This document shows, one piece after another, positions 22,033-32,081 of a DNA stretch of 64,000 nt. The notes below the pieces were generated by a model. It did not search any database, was not told the origin of the DNA, and worked only from the letters and a program-made list of their open reading frames with translations. Where the stretch lies: IMG/VR virus record IMGVR_UViG_3300008050_008852, positions 32,001 through 96,000 of that record. One strand, 5' to 3'. This stretch comes from a virus. The translations under genes were made by a program, and so were the position numbers. Each line of letters starts with the position of its first letter. Within the stretch, counting starts at the first letter, position 1.

Positions 22033-25000
22033 ATGGGATATGATGCCAAAACAGAAAGACTAGTATCAATAAAGAAGTTAGCTGGTAAAGCCCAAACCTC
22101 TAATGATAAAGGTTTATCAAATGAAGGGCTTCCTTCTGGGCTTACGGTCGCCGCTGCCTCTGTTTTTGGTGAATCAATTTCAACAACTCCTGCATCTACT
22201 GCCTTATATGATATTACTGGTAAAGTTGAGTTTCTTCGCCTACAGGTAACATTCATTCCCGGTACCGGCACACCAACCGGCCGCCATGGTTTTGAATTAA
22301 AACTTCCTGCCGATTATGAAGCAAATTCTTCTAATTCATCTAAAGGTACTTACCCTTTTATTAATGATCAAACGATTAATATAACGTCTGGGGCCTTGCA
22401 GCTTGTACCACCAGCATTTGCTATAGCATATGAAGCAAAACCATTCTATGGAGGTTCTTCGGCTAAAGATTCTGGTACTCAAATTCCTGTTTTGGACTCC
22501 CGGGATTGGTATTTAGATTATTTTAATGGAGTATTTTTTCAGCAGGATCCACCAGGTACTGGTGATCATGCTAATAACCCTGACTATGTTGAAGCATTTC
22601 TTTATGTTGGTGATATGCTAGATACTGTAGTCGCCAACGCTGGTGGCACCGGAGGTGCAGATGCAGACGCTCAATATTTAGTACTTCAGGCCACATCATC
22701 TTTAGGTGCTGAAAGAGTATTCAATCCTTCTACTGGTATTTCTGTCGTAGATGCCGGCCCCGGCGAAAATTATACACTTAGCATAAATAACGCTATTGTC
22801 GCTACCCTCACCGGGTCTCAGTTTTCTGGAAATATTGGAGTGACCGGTTCTATTGGTGCAACAACTGTAGTCACCTCACCGGCCATCACCGGTTCTTTAA
22901 CACAACTTCAAGACGGTTCCTCATACTTAATCGCTGGTTCTGGAATTACAATAGCTTCTGCCTCAAACGGTGCAATCACTATCACAAATGATGGTACAGT
23001 TGGAGATATTACTGGAGTAACGGCTGGTGCTGGATTAAGTGGTGGAGGGACATCTGGTACAGTAGCGTTAAATATTGACAATTCTGTAGTTGCTACTCTT
23101 TCTGGTTCTCAGTTCTCTGGAAATATCGGAACAACAGGGTCAATTGGATCTACTACAGTCATAACTTCGCCGGCATTTTCAGGATCTTTAACAAATCTTC
23201 AAGATGGCACTTCATATCTTGTTGCTGGAAACAACATTCAGATAGTAACAGGATCTTCTGGCGCAATTACAATTACTGGTACTTCAACTGGGGACATAAC
23301 CTCAATTGTTGCAGGAGCAGGGCTCACTGGCGGCGGCGCCTCTGGTGACGTTACATTAAATATAAATGACGGTATTGTAGCAACACTAACAGGATCTCAA
23401 TTCTCTGGAAACATCGGAGTGACTGGCTCAATAGAAGCAACCAGTTTTTTCAGTGGTAGCATGTTCAAAGCGCCTATTTTGTCTGGGTCACTTACAAAAC
23501 TTCATGATGGATCTTCTTATCTGCTCGCCGGCCCCGGAATATCCATAACCTCTGCCTCATCTGGCGCAATTACAATTACAAATGATGGAACAGCTGGGGA
23601 TATAACGTCCGTCATAGCCGGAACAGGCTTGAGTGGTGGTGGCTCATCCGGTGATGTAACATTGAATATAAATGATTCAGTTGTTGCAACATTAACAGGA
23701 TCTATCTTTAGTGGTAATGTCGTAGCACAATCAGGACTTACAGGCTCATTGCAGTCATTGACTGATGGTACTTCTTATTTACGGCCCGGTAATGTTAATG
23801 TTACTATCACAACAGCATCCGCTGGTTATATTTCAATATCTTCGACCGATACCAACACAACATATACGGCTGGAGATGGTCTAGATTTAAGTGGTACAGA
23901 GTTTAGCATAGATCTTAAGTCTTCTGGCGGCTTAAAAATAGATTCTACAGAGTTGGCTATTGATAATTCTATTGTCGCCACTCTTACAGGTTCTCAATTT
24001 TCTGGTAATATCGGAATAACTGGGTCAATAACTGCGACTTCTGGTATTTCTGGATCTCTTACACATCTTTCTAATGGGACCAGCTATCTAATTGCTGGAA
24101 ACAATATTCAGATTTCCACCGGTTCGAGTGGAGCTGTTACTATCACCGGGACTTCAACTGGAGACATAACCTCAATTGTTGCAGGAGCAGGGCTCACTGG
24201 CGGCGGCGCCTCTGGTGACGTTACTCTAAGCATCGACGATTCAGTGACCGCTACGTTAACAGGTTCAGTGTTTAGCGGTATCATCTCAGCTCCGGCACTT
24301 TCTGGTTCATTGACTACATTACAAAATGGTTCACCATTTTTAATATCAGGTACCGGAATATCTCTAACAACCGGCTCTTCTGGAGCAATAACAATAAATT
24401 CAACCGCCGCCGGCGGATCTGGTGATCAAAATGCCGAATTTATTGTTGCAGCCCCAACCGGCTCACTACCATCTGCTAAAACAATATCAGCAGGGTCCGG
24501 AATAACAATAACTACCGGTTCCAATTCAATGATAGTATCTGCAACGTCAATATTGTCAAAGGGTCGAAGTAAAGAAAGTTACTTTGTAACAGCTTCTCAT
24601 CCGGCTGTAACAGAATTCTCAACACCTTTGTCTAATTATTCTGACGTATTACAGGCACCAGATCTTATTGATATTTTGGTTAATGGAGTATTATTACATT
24701 CCGGCTCTTCTGCTCAAATTGCTTCTAGTTTAATGGATTATAGAATTGCCTCTTCCGGTTCACTTGAATTTTCGTTTGGTTTAGAAACAGACGACGTCGT
24801 GGACGCAATTATAATAGTAACTTCATCCGGTTCAATTGATAATACAGCAAGTTACTTATTGCAGCAAGCAACTTCATCATTACCAAATAGTCGAACATTC
24901 ACGACAGGTTCTGGTACAACGCTGCAAGATTCAGGCCCTCAGGGCACTTTTGTTTTTGATACAAGTCCCACAACAAATTTATACGTTTTGACTGCTTCTC

Positions 25001-25206
25001 ATGCTCTGCTTAATTCTCTCACTATCCCCAATATTAATTTTGTAATTAACGAAAGAAGTTTTCATAAAAATCAAGTTTTTTTGAACGGTGTGTTGATGGC
25101 TTCTGGCTCATCTCTTGACTATACTATTGACACTCCTGCTACAGGCTCACTGACGTTTAACCTTCCCCTTGAGGAAGATGACGTAGTAATAATTAGACAG
25201 ACTTGA
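22033..25206 (+). CDS. Tail-fibre-like repeat protein
   Basis: 1057 aa; about six copies of the ~90-aa unit ATL(T/S)GS.FSG...(S/T)GSL..L..G.SYL.AG; two C-terminal (V/L)NGVL..SGS..DY...GSL.F...LE.DDVV domains. Confidence 0.7.
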   Translation: MGYDAKTERLVSIKKLAGKAQTSNDKGLSNEGLPSGLTVAAASVFGESISTTPASTALYDITGKVEFLRLQVTFIPGTGTPTGRHGFELKLPADYEANSSNSSKGTYPFINDQTINITSGALQLVPPAFAIAYEAKPFYGGSSAKDSGTQIPVLDSRDWYLDYFNGVFFQQDPPGTGDHANNPDYVEAFLYVGDMLDTVVANAGGTGGADADAQYLVLQATSSLGAERVFNPSTGISVVDAGPGENYTLSINNAIVATLTGSQFSGNIGVTGSIGATTVVTSPAITGSLTQLQDGSSYLIAGSGITIASASNGAITITNDGTVGDITGVTAGAGLSGGGTSGTVALNIDNSVVATLSGSQFSGNIGTTGSIGSTTVITSPAFSGSLTNLQDGTSYLVAGNNIQIVTGSSGAITITGTSTGDITSIVAGAGLTGGGASGDVTLNINDGIVATLTGSQFSGNIGVTGSIEATSFFSGSMFKAPILSGSLTKLHDGSSYLLAGPGISITSASSGAITITNDGTAGDITSVIAGTGLSGGGSSGDVTLNINDSVVATLTGSIFSGNVVAQSGLTGSLQSLTDGTSYLRPGNVNVTITTASAGYISISSTDTNTTYTAGDGLDLSGTEFSIDLKSSGGLKIDSTELAIDNSIVATLTGSQFSGNIGITGSITATSGISGSLTHLSNGTSYLIAGNNIQISTGSSGAVTITGTSTGDITSIVAGAGLTGGGASGDVTLSIDDSVTATLTGSVFSGIISAPALSGSLTTLQNGSPFLISGTGISLTTGSSGAITINSTAAGGSGDQNAEFIVAAPTGSLPSAKTISAGSGITITTGSNSMIVSATSILSKGRSKESYFVTASHPAVTEFSTPLSNYSDVLQAPDLIDILVNGVLLHSGSSAQIASSLMDYRIASSGSLEFSFGLETDDVVDAIIIVTSSGSIDNTASYLLQQATSSLPNSRTFTTGSGTTLQDSGPQGTFVFDTSPTTNLYVLTASHALLNSLTIPNINFVINERSFHKNQVFLNGVLMASGSSLDYTIDTPATGSLTFNLPLEEDDVVIIRQT

Positions 25207-25240
25207 ATACTTAGATGTGTACCAATTAGGAATAACACAT

Positions 25241-25453
25241 ATGTTCACATCGAATGATCTTGGCCTTTCTGCTTTTTTAATGTTGAAGGGTCATAAATTA
25301 CATAATGCATATATTAATGAGAGAAAAGTTTTCGTTTTTGAATTTATAGATACAGACAACAAAATTCATCAAACAGCCATTGAATATTTAAATTCTGACT
25401 GCTCAACGTTTGATACACAGGTGAAAAAATTAAAGAAAATACTTCACAAATAG
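25241..25453 (+). CDS. Small DUF5659-like protein
   Basis: FTSNDLGLSAFLMLKGHKL...KVFVFEF...F...VKKLKKIL resembles the DUF5659 pattern; ATG 25241 follows AGGA. Confidence 0.55.
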   Translation: MFTSNDLGLSAFLMLKGHKLHNAYINERKVFVFEFIDTDNKIHQTAIEYLNSDCSTFDTQVKKLKKILHK

Positions 25454-25482
25454 TATATATATTAGCAAATGCACTATGTGTA

Positions 25483-25532
25483 TTTTAGTTTTAGCTTTAG
25501 TTTAGTTTTAATTTAGTTTTAGTTTTGTCCAG
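25483..25532 (+). repeat. Imperfect (T)TTTAG tandem array in the leader of the 25595 gene
   Basis: TAG at 25486, 25492, 25498, 25503, 25514 and 25520, plus TAA 25509 and CAG 25530, mostly separated by 2-3 pyrimidines. Confidence 0.85.
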
Positions 25533-25544
25533 TTTGGTACTAAA

Positions 25545-25565
25545 TGCATAATACTCTATTATGCA
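25545..25565. promoter_or_regulatory. Perfect inverted repeat (hairpin or operator)
   Basis: TGCATAATA-CTC-TATTATGCA, about 30 nt upstream of ATG 25595. Confidence 0.6.
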
Positions 25566-25594
25566 AGCCATATTAAATTATAAGGAGAAAAATA

Positions 25595-28120
25595 ATGGCT
25601 ATTAGAACACAAATTAGGCTTGATCAAGTATCAGGCTCATTGAACGATGGTGGATCCGAAGTTGGTTCCCAAATTCCATTCGCTGCTGACTCACTTCAAG
25701 GATCACTTGATAAACTTGCAGTAGCTGTAAGGGATATCCACGGAGCTGGTAGCTTCACAGGTGCCCCTAATGGAAAGATGTATCAGGATTTCCTTCCATC
25801 AGCTGACGGCAGCTTTGATCTTGGATCGAATCTTGCTGAGTGGCAAGATCTCTGGATTGATGGTACTGCAAATATTGATTCATTAGTTGCTGACACAGCT
25901 GATATCAACGGTGGTTCAATAGATGGTGCTATTATCGGTGGCGCCTCCACAGCCGCTGCTAGTGTCACCACACTCGACACCTCAGGTGTAGTGAATCTTA
26001 ACGACACAACTGAATCAACCTCTGCAACTTCTGGTGCTTTGATTGTTGATGGCGGTGTTGGTATTGCCAAGGACTTGTACGTCGGTATCGACCTCGATGT
26101 TGAAGGAACTGCGAATCTTGATATCGTTGATATCGATGGTGCTGTAGATATGGCATCAACACTTCAAGTAGATGGTGTTGGTACTTTTACAGCTCAATCT
26201 GTTCATACAGGCGGTATACAATCAGGCGGAGATATTCTTTCTGACACGGATAGCACAGATTCACTCGGTTCAACCGGCGTTAGATGGTTGAAGCTATGGG
26301 CTGATGATGTGGAAACCACTTCTGATGTTGTTGTTGGCGGAGAAATTAATGTTACCGGTACCTCAACGCAAGCTGTTATCAACGCTTCTGGTGTTGTTGC
26401 AATTACTGATGCTACTGCCGCCTCAAGTTCAACAACTGGTGCCCTAAAGGTCACCGGTGGCGTATCCACTCAGGCTGATCTTTGGGTCGGTGACGACCTC
26501 AATGTCGTTGGTGATACTGCTACTGTTGGTCTTACTGCAACTGGTACCTCAGCACAAGTTGCTATCAACGCTTCTGGTGTTGTTGCAATTACTGATGCTA
26601 CTGCCGCCTCAAGTTCAACAACTGGTGCCCTAAAGGTCACCGGTGGTATTTCTACTCAGGCTGATCTTTGGGTCGGTGACGACCTCAATGTCCTTGGTGA
26701 TGTAATAATTACTGGTGGTTTAGATGTTAATGGTACAACAACTACTATTGATTCAACAATTGTTTCAATTGGTGACACATTAATGGAACTGGCGTCAGGC
26801 AATGAAGCGAACGTAAAAGACCTTGGTTGGTATGCTAAGTATAATGACGGAACCTCCAAAAAGGCTGGTATGTACTATGATACCTCTGAAACGGAATTCC
26901 GCCTTGCAAAAGAACTCGGTACTGAAACAAACGGTGTTTTTGCTGCTCCAGGTGCGTATGGTACCCTTCGTGTACTTGATGCTCATGCTGAAGGTACTTT
27001 GGACGTAACTGGTGATGCTACATTCACTAGTGCTATTGATAGTAATGATGCCACTGATGCCTCAGATGCAACCGGTGCGACTGGAGCAATCCAGACTCTT
27101 GGTGGTGTTTCAATCGCTAAGAAATTGTATGTCGGTACTGATCTTGATGTTGATGGAACCACGAATCTTGATGCTGTTGATATTGATGGTAATGTGCAAG
27201 CTGACGGAACAATTACTGTTGGTGTAAACGATACTGGTTATGACGTTAAGTTCTTTGGCGATACCGCAGCAGCATACATGCTGTGGGATACATCGATTGA
27301 TGATCTCGTCCTCGCCGGTGCTGCTGGTCTTAATGTTGCTAGCAACGCTGTATTCCAATCAGACGTTCAGATTGATGGAAACATCGATGTCTCTGACTCT
27401 TCCTGCTCTGTGGCTCTGAAAGATGCTACTGCTGGTGCGTTAGTTATTGGTGAAGGCGGCACTGCATATATGACATTCAGCACAACTGATGGTAGTGAAG
27501 GGATTCGATCCTCAAAAAATCATCAATTCCTCGGTGTCATTGATGCTGACAGTACTTCAGATTTCCAGGGCGAAATGAACTTGCAAGCTGGAATTACCGT
27601 TGCCGGTGTCATTAATGCTGATGGATCGCTTGCTGCCGATGTTTCCACTTGGGACGTTGATGCATCCGGATTAATTAGCTTAAATTCCTCAGCTGGTCAG
27701 GTTAGGTTTAGAGACCAATATGCCGCTTCTTGGTCTAATGCCGCTGGTATTCCAATTGCTGATGCTACTTCCGATTGGGTAAACTATGAGTCCGCATACG
27801 GCGAAGTATCACTGCTTAATGCTATTGTGGCAGCCGGTGGTGGAGCTGGTACATTGCAGAAACGAACGTTAGAAGTAACAGGTTCAGGCTTCGTCTCTGG
27901 ACTCGTCGCGCCATTGGCACTTGATCTTGATGGTTTAGATTTTGATGGAGTAAATGAACGCGTTGATTTATATGTCAATGGTCAGCTTCTTCTTTCTTCA
28001 TCTGAGGTTGCCGGTAATGGAGACTATAGTCTTACAGAACCAGTCAACGCCGGTGCTGTAGGTGCTTCTTTCACGTTCGCCTTACTTGAAGATGATGTTA
28101 TTCAGGCTGTTGTTCGATAA
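25595..28120 (+). CDS. Acidic fibre-like virion protein, probably high copy
   Basis: 841 aa; fibre repeats SSTTGALKVTGG / SATSGALIVDGGVGIAKDLYVG / LDVDGTTNLDAVDIDG; strong AAGGAG RBS and its own terminator. Confidence 0.7.
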   Translation: MAIRTQIRLDQVSGSLNDGGSEVGSQIPFAADSLQGSLDKLAVAVRDIHGAGSFTGAPNGKMYQDFLPSADGSFDLGSNLAEWQDLWIDGTANIDSLVADTADINGGSIDGAIIGGASTAAASVTTLDTSGVVNLNDTTESTSATSGALIVDGGVGIAKDLYVGIDLDVEGTANLDIVDIDGAVDMASTLQVDGVGTFTAQSVHTGGIQSGGDILSDTDSTDSLGSTGVRWLKLWADDVETTSDVVVGGEINVTGTSTQAVINASGVVAITDATAASSSTTGALKVTGGVSTQADLWVGDDLNVVGDTATVGLTATGTSAQVAINASGVVAITDATAASSSTTGALKVTGGISTQADLWVGDDLNVLGDVIITGGLDVNGTTTTIDSTIVSIGDTLMELASGNEANVKDLGWYAKYNDGTSKKAGMYYDTSETEFRLAKELGTETNGVFAAPGAYGTLRVLDAHAEGTLDVTGDATFTSAIDSNDATDASDATGATGAIQTLGGVSIAKKLYVGTDLDVDGTTNLDAVDIDGNVQADGTITVGVNDTGYDVKFFGDTAAAYMLWDTSIDDLVLAGAAGLNVASNAVFQSDVQIDGNIDVSDSSCSVALKDATAGALVIGEGGTAYMTFSTTDGSEGIRSSKNHQFLGVIDADSTSDFQGEMNLQAGITVAGVINADGSLAADVSTWDVDASGLISLNSSAGQVRFRDQYAASWSNAAGIPIADATSDWVNYESAYGEVSLLNAIVAAGGGAGTLQKRTLEVTGSGFVSGLVAPLALDLDGLDFDGVNERVDLYVNGQLLLSSSEVAGNGDYSLTEPVNAGAVGASFTFALLEDDVIQAVVR
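26377..26701 (+). repeat. Recent 186-nt tandem duplication within the fibre gene
   Basis: 26377-26460 is identical to 26563-26646 (84 nt), followed by a second identical block (ACTCAGGCTGATCTTTGGGTCGGTGACGACCTCAATGTC); period 62 codons. Confidence 0.9.
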
Positions 28121-28154
28121 GTAACATAATATACGGTTATATTTTATAACTGTT

Positions 28155-28187
28155 GGAGACCCGATTTATTCGGGTCTCCTTTTTTTT
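28155..28187 (+). terminator. Intrinsic terminator
   Basis: GGAGACCCGA-TTTAT-TCGGGTCTCC followed by a T-run; a second hairpin (ACGGTTATA-TTT-TATAACTGT, 28133-28153) lies just upstream. Confidence 0.92.
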
Positions 28188-28240
28188 ACTTTTTTTTTCT
28201 TTACGATAAAATAAAACAGAAAATATTATGGAGTTTTTTG

Positions 28241-28783
28241 ATGGAAGAAAATGATAATTCGTCAAGTGCATTGATGGAGATTCAACAAATTATGGCTGAA
28301 TCTAAAAAACAATTTGAACTATTGAACGATTGTAATAAGCAACTTTTTAATATGGCAAATACTGTCGATGAATATGTCATACAAGTACTGCAAACTGTTG
28401 CAGAAAATGAAGACATTGCCAGTGTTAATGAAACATTGGCAAATTCATTACTACAAATTAAGAATTTTGTTTCATCTAGACCAAATGAGATTGGTCTTAC
28501 GAAATTGAAACTAGAACAGCGATTAGTGGCATATGAACAATGCATAGCTATTTTACATAAAGAGAGCTCTTCTACTGCAATTAATGAAAAAACAACAGAT
28601 TTTCAGGCAGAATCTGAAGAAGTGTTAACAACTGAAAAAAAAAATAGAATTGCTGAAAAAATTGATAAAGACGGAAAATATCCATCTCGCCGCCAAAAAG
28701 GTGTCAGGCCTGAAAAATTACGTGATATTAGGCGCGTCGAGGCTGAAATTGAAACCTCAAAGAATTTTAAGGAAGATATTTAA
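28241..28783 (+). CDS. Hypothetical helical/coiled-coil protein with a basic C-terminus
   Basis: 180-aa ORF after GGAG; C-terminal RRQKGVRPEKLRDIRR. Confidence 0.6.
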   Translation: MEENDNSSSALMEIQQIMAESKKQFELLNDCNKQLFNMANTVDEYVIQVLQTVAENEDIASVNETLANSLLQIKNFVSSRPNEIGLTKLKLEQRLVAYEQCIAILHKESSSTAINEKTTDFQAESEEVLTTEKKNRIAEKIDKDGKYPSRRQKGVRPEKLRDIRRVEAEIETSKNFKEDI

Positions 28784-28799
28784 TTCCATGAGGTAGAAT

Positions 28800-29687
28800 A
28801 TGGCGGGTATTTTAGATCCAAAGGAGCGAGTGCTTGACACAATTATTACTCCAACTGGTCGATCACAAATTGCAACTGGCGAATTAAAGATAGAATATGC
28901 ATCATTTTCTGATCGACAAGTGTATTACACCGTTAAGTCGAATGGTGAAATTACTGATCCTGGTGATAGATTATTGTTTGAAGCATACGCAACTGATTCA
29001 GATGTTATAATTCAGGAAATTAGTGATAATGTAAGTCTGGCACCATTTAAGACAGATTCATTTGTTCTTAGGGATGGAAATATAATCTCCGGATCAGCAC
29101 AACAGAGAAATATTAGAGCGTTCGGTGATGCACTTGCTATTGATTCAATTGATAGCTTGAACCGACAGATGCTAATAGGCACAAGAAATTTATTAAAGAA
29201 TGTATTGAATGAAAATTTTGCAATAACACCTACTGATGCTACATTTTATTTAGATCAAATTGACACAACGTCATCTACAACCATCGCAACTGCAAGTTTA
29301 GATGATGTTGAATCTTTGTGGCAAGATTACAGAGTTACCAATACGCCAAATTACAAATTCCTTCCTCCTCAGGCAAATGGCGGTGATATGGGTACATTTA
29401 CAAAAATAAATCAAGATCCACCCACAACATTTGGTGCCATATTGTCTAATTTGGCCGGTTTACAATCACAGAAGTTTGTATTTTCAAACACTAGAACAAC
29501 AAATGATATACTTGGACAGGTTTTTGAAATAAGCAACGATAAATTAACAAAGCTTGTTATTATTGATGGTGGAACCTTCGAGGTTAACAACGCAGTTAAT
29601 CCTCACGTTTTTTATGCTGGTAAATTATATCGTGATTCACAACAGGTATTGACATTTGTTAATATATTTACGCTGGTATTTAGATAA
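28800..29687 (+). CDS. Baseplate-associated structural protein, paralog of 37956
   Basis: N-terminus GILD...DTIITPTGRSQIATGELKIEYASFSD aligns with GFLD...DAVLTDKGRQLLARNDGSFQITRFAFGD. Confidence 0.6.
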   Translation: MAGILDPKERVLDTIITPTGRSQIATGELKIEYASFSDRQVYYTVKSNGEITDPGDRLLFEAYATDSDVIIQEISDNVSLAPFKTDSFVLRDGNIISGSAQQRNIRAFGDALAIDSIDSLNRQMLIGTRNLLKNVLNENFAITPTDATFYLDQIDTTSSTTIATASLDDVESLWQDYRVTNTPNYKFLPPQANGGDMGTFTKINQDPPTTFGAILSNLAGLQSQKFVFSNTRTTNDILGQVFEISNDKLTKLVIIDGGTFEVNNAVNPHVFYAGKLYRDSQQVLTFVNIFTLVFR

Positions 29688-32080
29688 TGTTTGTTAAAGA
29701 ATTAACGTCTAATGCTGATTATTTTTTGGTTGATGATAATTTTGCATCTATAAACTATACTGGATCAACACTAGAATATACGTTTAGTGTTTATGCAAAA
29801 CTTATACAGGCGATGATATCTGGCCATGACACAATCAGAATAAGCTTAATTAAAAAAACTGAACCAAAAATTAAATATTTCGTTGGTTCATCCCCATCTG
29901 AAGTTGAAATATCAAATATTGGTTTTGTCAAAAACGTAAAGGATACTTTACAAAAAAATTTAGATGAGGCAACTATAAAAACTCAAGATATTGAAATAAG
30001 CAGTCTTTTGTCTGACGAAATTGTTGGTAAAATCGGTTCAGGTATTATAAATTCAACAAATTATTCTAACTTTTTACCAAAAATTGAACAAATTAATGTT
30101 CGCCAAACTAGGGCAAGGCAAAGAAACTTTGCTGGTTACGATGTAGATAATTTTGATGTATTAACAAAAAAAATATTTCAGAAGTTTGGTTTACATCCAG
30201 CACTAGTAGCATCAATTCCATTCCCGGCTTTGAAAATAAAGTCTAATAATGATGGTACCAAAAATTCTGTAAGTAATAAATCTCCAGTTAATTTTAAGGC
30301 CTTATTAAAAAATCAAGAATTTCGAGATTATTATGATACATTCTACTTAAAACAAGTTAATACAAACAACAATATACGTTTTATTAAAAAGAAAGCTGAA
30401 TATCAAAGGTTTAATACAAAGCTTTCGTTTGACTTGTCAGACACCCCCCTTGTAACATTAACATCTGCAGTAACTCTTTCGATTAGATTATCGTTATTAA
30501 AATCTGAAATTGAAACATCTAGTGACATATTTCGGTTTAGTAATATTGAGGCTCTTGAAGAAGCTACAGCCGGTGTTAAAAGTGTTGATGCCAATATTAT
30601 AACGACAGATTCAAAATTTGTGTTACCAGATAAAATTAGCGTTACAAATAATGAGAATTTTCCAATTGATGTCACAGCATTTGAATATACAATGGCTGAT
30701 TCATACTTTGACAAACAGCGACTCGATATCGTTACGTTGGCCCCTGGCGAAAATTATAATTTTAATAGTACAAAAATATTTTTCGATGCAGCAGAAACTA
30801 GAAGCTATATTTTAACATCAAATAAAACAATTCCTGGAATCAATGGCGTGTCTAATGTTTTAAAGGTCTTAACACCACCTGAAGCATCATCTCCACCTAA
30901 GCAAATAGATACATTTGATATTGCAATTAAACCTTCTGGTGGTACATCTACGTCGGCTGAAATAATTGTTTCTGGCCTTTCATCTAATGAATATACGGCT
31001 ACGATATATAAACGAAAAATTGGCTCATCTAAAGCAAAAATGTTAACTCGTGTTTCAATGGGTAAACAAGGGTTTACTGATAAAAAAATTCAACCAGGTG
31101 ATGTATATGTCTACACCGCGGATTTAGAATTTAATGGCGCCAAAGGTTATGCTCGAGCCTCAACCGGGTTAGTGTCATTAGATTCAGGTGGTTTAAATAG
31201 GGTTTCGTTTTCAATAACTGATAAAAGTTCTTCTGGCACTACAAATAGTCAAAGGCACAACTTTAAAATTGTAGAATCAATATCTTCAACTGCAGCTTCA
31301 AAATTACTTGAAGCAGCAACAGAATCAGCCCAGGCAGGTATATTTAGCTCTGAATTAGAAATAGCTAAAGTTGATACTAGTGTAATAACAAGTTATTCTG
31401 TTTATCGTATGGAAACAACAACTGGTGACATCGAATATCTTGGTCAAAGAACGGCTGGTAAAAAATTACGTTTTTCTGTAACAGGCCACAACGTTAAGAA
31501 TAATATATACGAGTACATTGTATTCCCTCGCGCAACCGCGGTCTCTTCTCTTTCATATACTACAGTTGTTGCAGACACCGATATATATACTGGCAATACA
31601 TACAATTATAGATATAAGAAATTTAGGGATAAAAATTTCCCTAGAGCAACATTACTTCCATCATATTCAGAAGTGCTAGAAAACGATTTAAATGCTGCTC
31701 TTCAAAATTTACCAGACGGCGCATCAGAGTCTGTAACTTTTAGTACATCTAGTAGACAAGGTCAGATTAGATCGCTTGATGCTGTGTCAAAAGAAAATCT
31801 CGACTGTACTTTTTTATCATGGCGCTATATTGGTGATTTATCTAGTGTATCACATTTTGTAATTTTTGCTAAATATAATAAGTATAAGGCACCCATTGGT
31901 ATCGCAATACCAGACGAGAATCAGAAACAATATTCGTATTGTGACGACAAATTAGGCGACGTCGAGGGTGGTGTGGCATATAGTATTTTGCCAATCTTAA
32001 ATACCGGTCATTATGGTAAAGAATCTAAAACTATAAATGTTAAATTTACAAAAAATTATCCATTAAAGGCTTTAAAGTAA
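29687..32080 (+). CDS. Hypothetical structural protein with Ig/FN3-like beta domains
   Basis: 797 aa; IYKRK...FTDKKIQPGDVYVY and LSWRY...YSYCD...YSILP resemble FN3 strands. Confidence 0.5.
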   Translation: MFVKELTSNADYFLVDDNFASINYTGSTLEYTFSVYAKLIQAMISGHDTIRISLIKKTEPKIKYFVGSSPSEVEISNIGFVKNVKDTLQKNLDEATIKTQDIEISSLLSDEIVGKIGSGIINSTNYSNFLPKIEQINVRQTRARQRNFAGYDVDNFDVLTKKIFQKFGLHPALVASIPFPALKIKSNNDGTKNSVSNKSPVNFKALLKNQEFRDYYDTFYLKQVNTNNNIRFIKKKAEYQRFNTKLSFDLSDTPLVTLTSAVTLSIRLSLLKSEIETSSDIFRFSNIEALEEATAGVKSVDANIITTDSKFVLPDKISVTNNENFPIDVTAFEYTMADSYFDKQRLDIVTLAPGENYNFNSTKIFFDAAETRSYILTSNKTIPGINGVSNVLKVLTPPEASSPPKQIDTFDIAIKPSGGTSTSAEIIVSGLSSNEYTATIYKRKIGSSKAKMLTRVSMGKQGFTDKKIQPGDVYVYTADLEFNGAKGYARASTGLVSLDSGGLNRVSFSITDKSSSGTTNSQRHNFKIVESISSTAASKLLEAATESAQAGIFSSELEIAKVDTSVITSYSVYRMETTTGDIEYLGQRTAGKKLRFSVTGHNVKNNIYEYIVFPRATAVSSLSYTTVVADTDIYTGNTYNYRYKKFRDKNFPRATLLPSYSEVLENDLNAALQNLPDGASESVTFSTSSRQGQIRSLDAVSKENLDCTFLSWRYIGDLSSVSHFVIFAKYNKYKAPIGIAIPDENQKQYSYCDDKLGDVEGGVAYSILPILNTGHYGKESKTINVKFTKNYPLKALK

Positions 32081-32081
32081 C

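Noticed and set aside
25483-25532. CRISPR array or telomere-like repeat
   Set aside because: Units are only 5-6 nt with no spacers, the array is about 50 nt long, and no cas genes are present.
26377-26701. Diversity-generating retroelement template/variable repeat pair
   Set aside because: Both copies are in frame within one gene, differences are not confined to adenines, and no reverse transcriptase is in the window.
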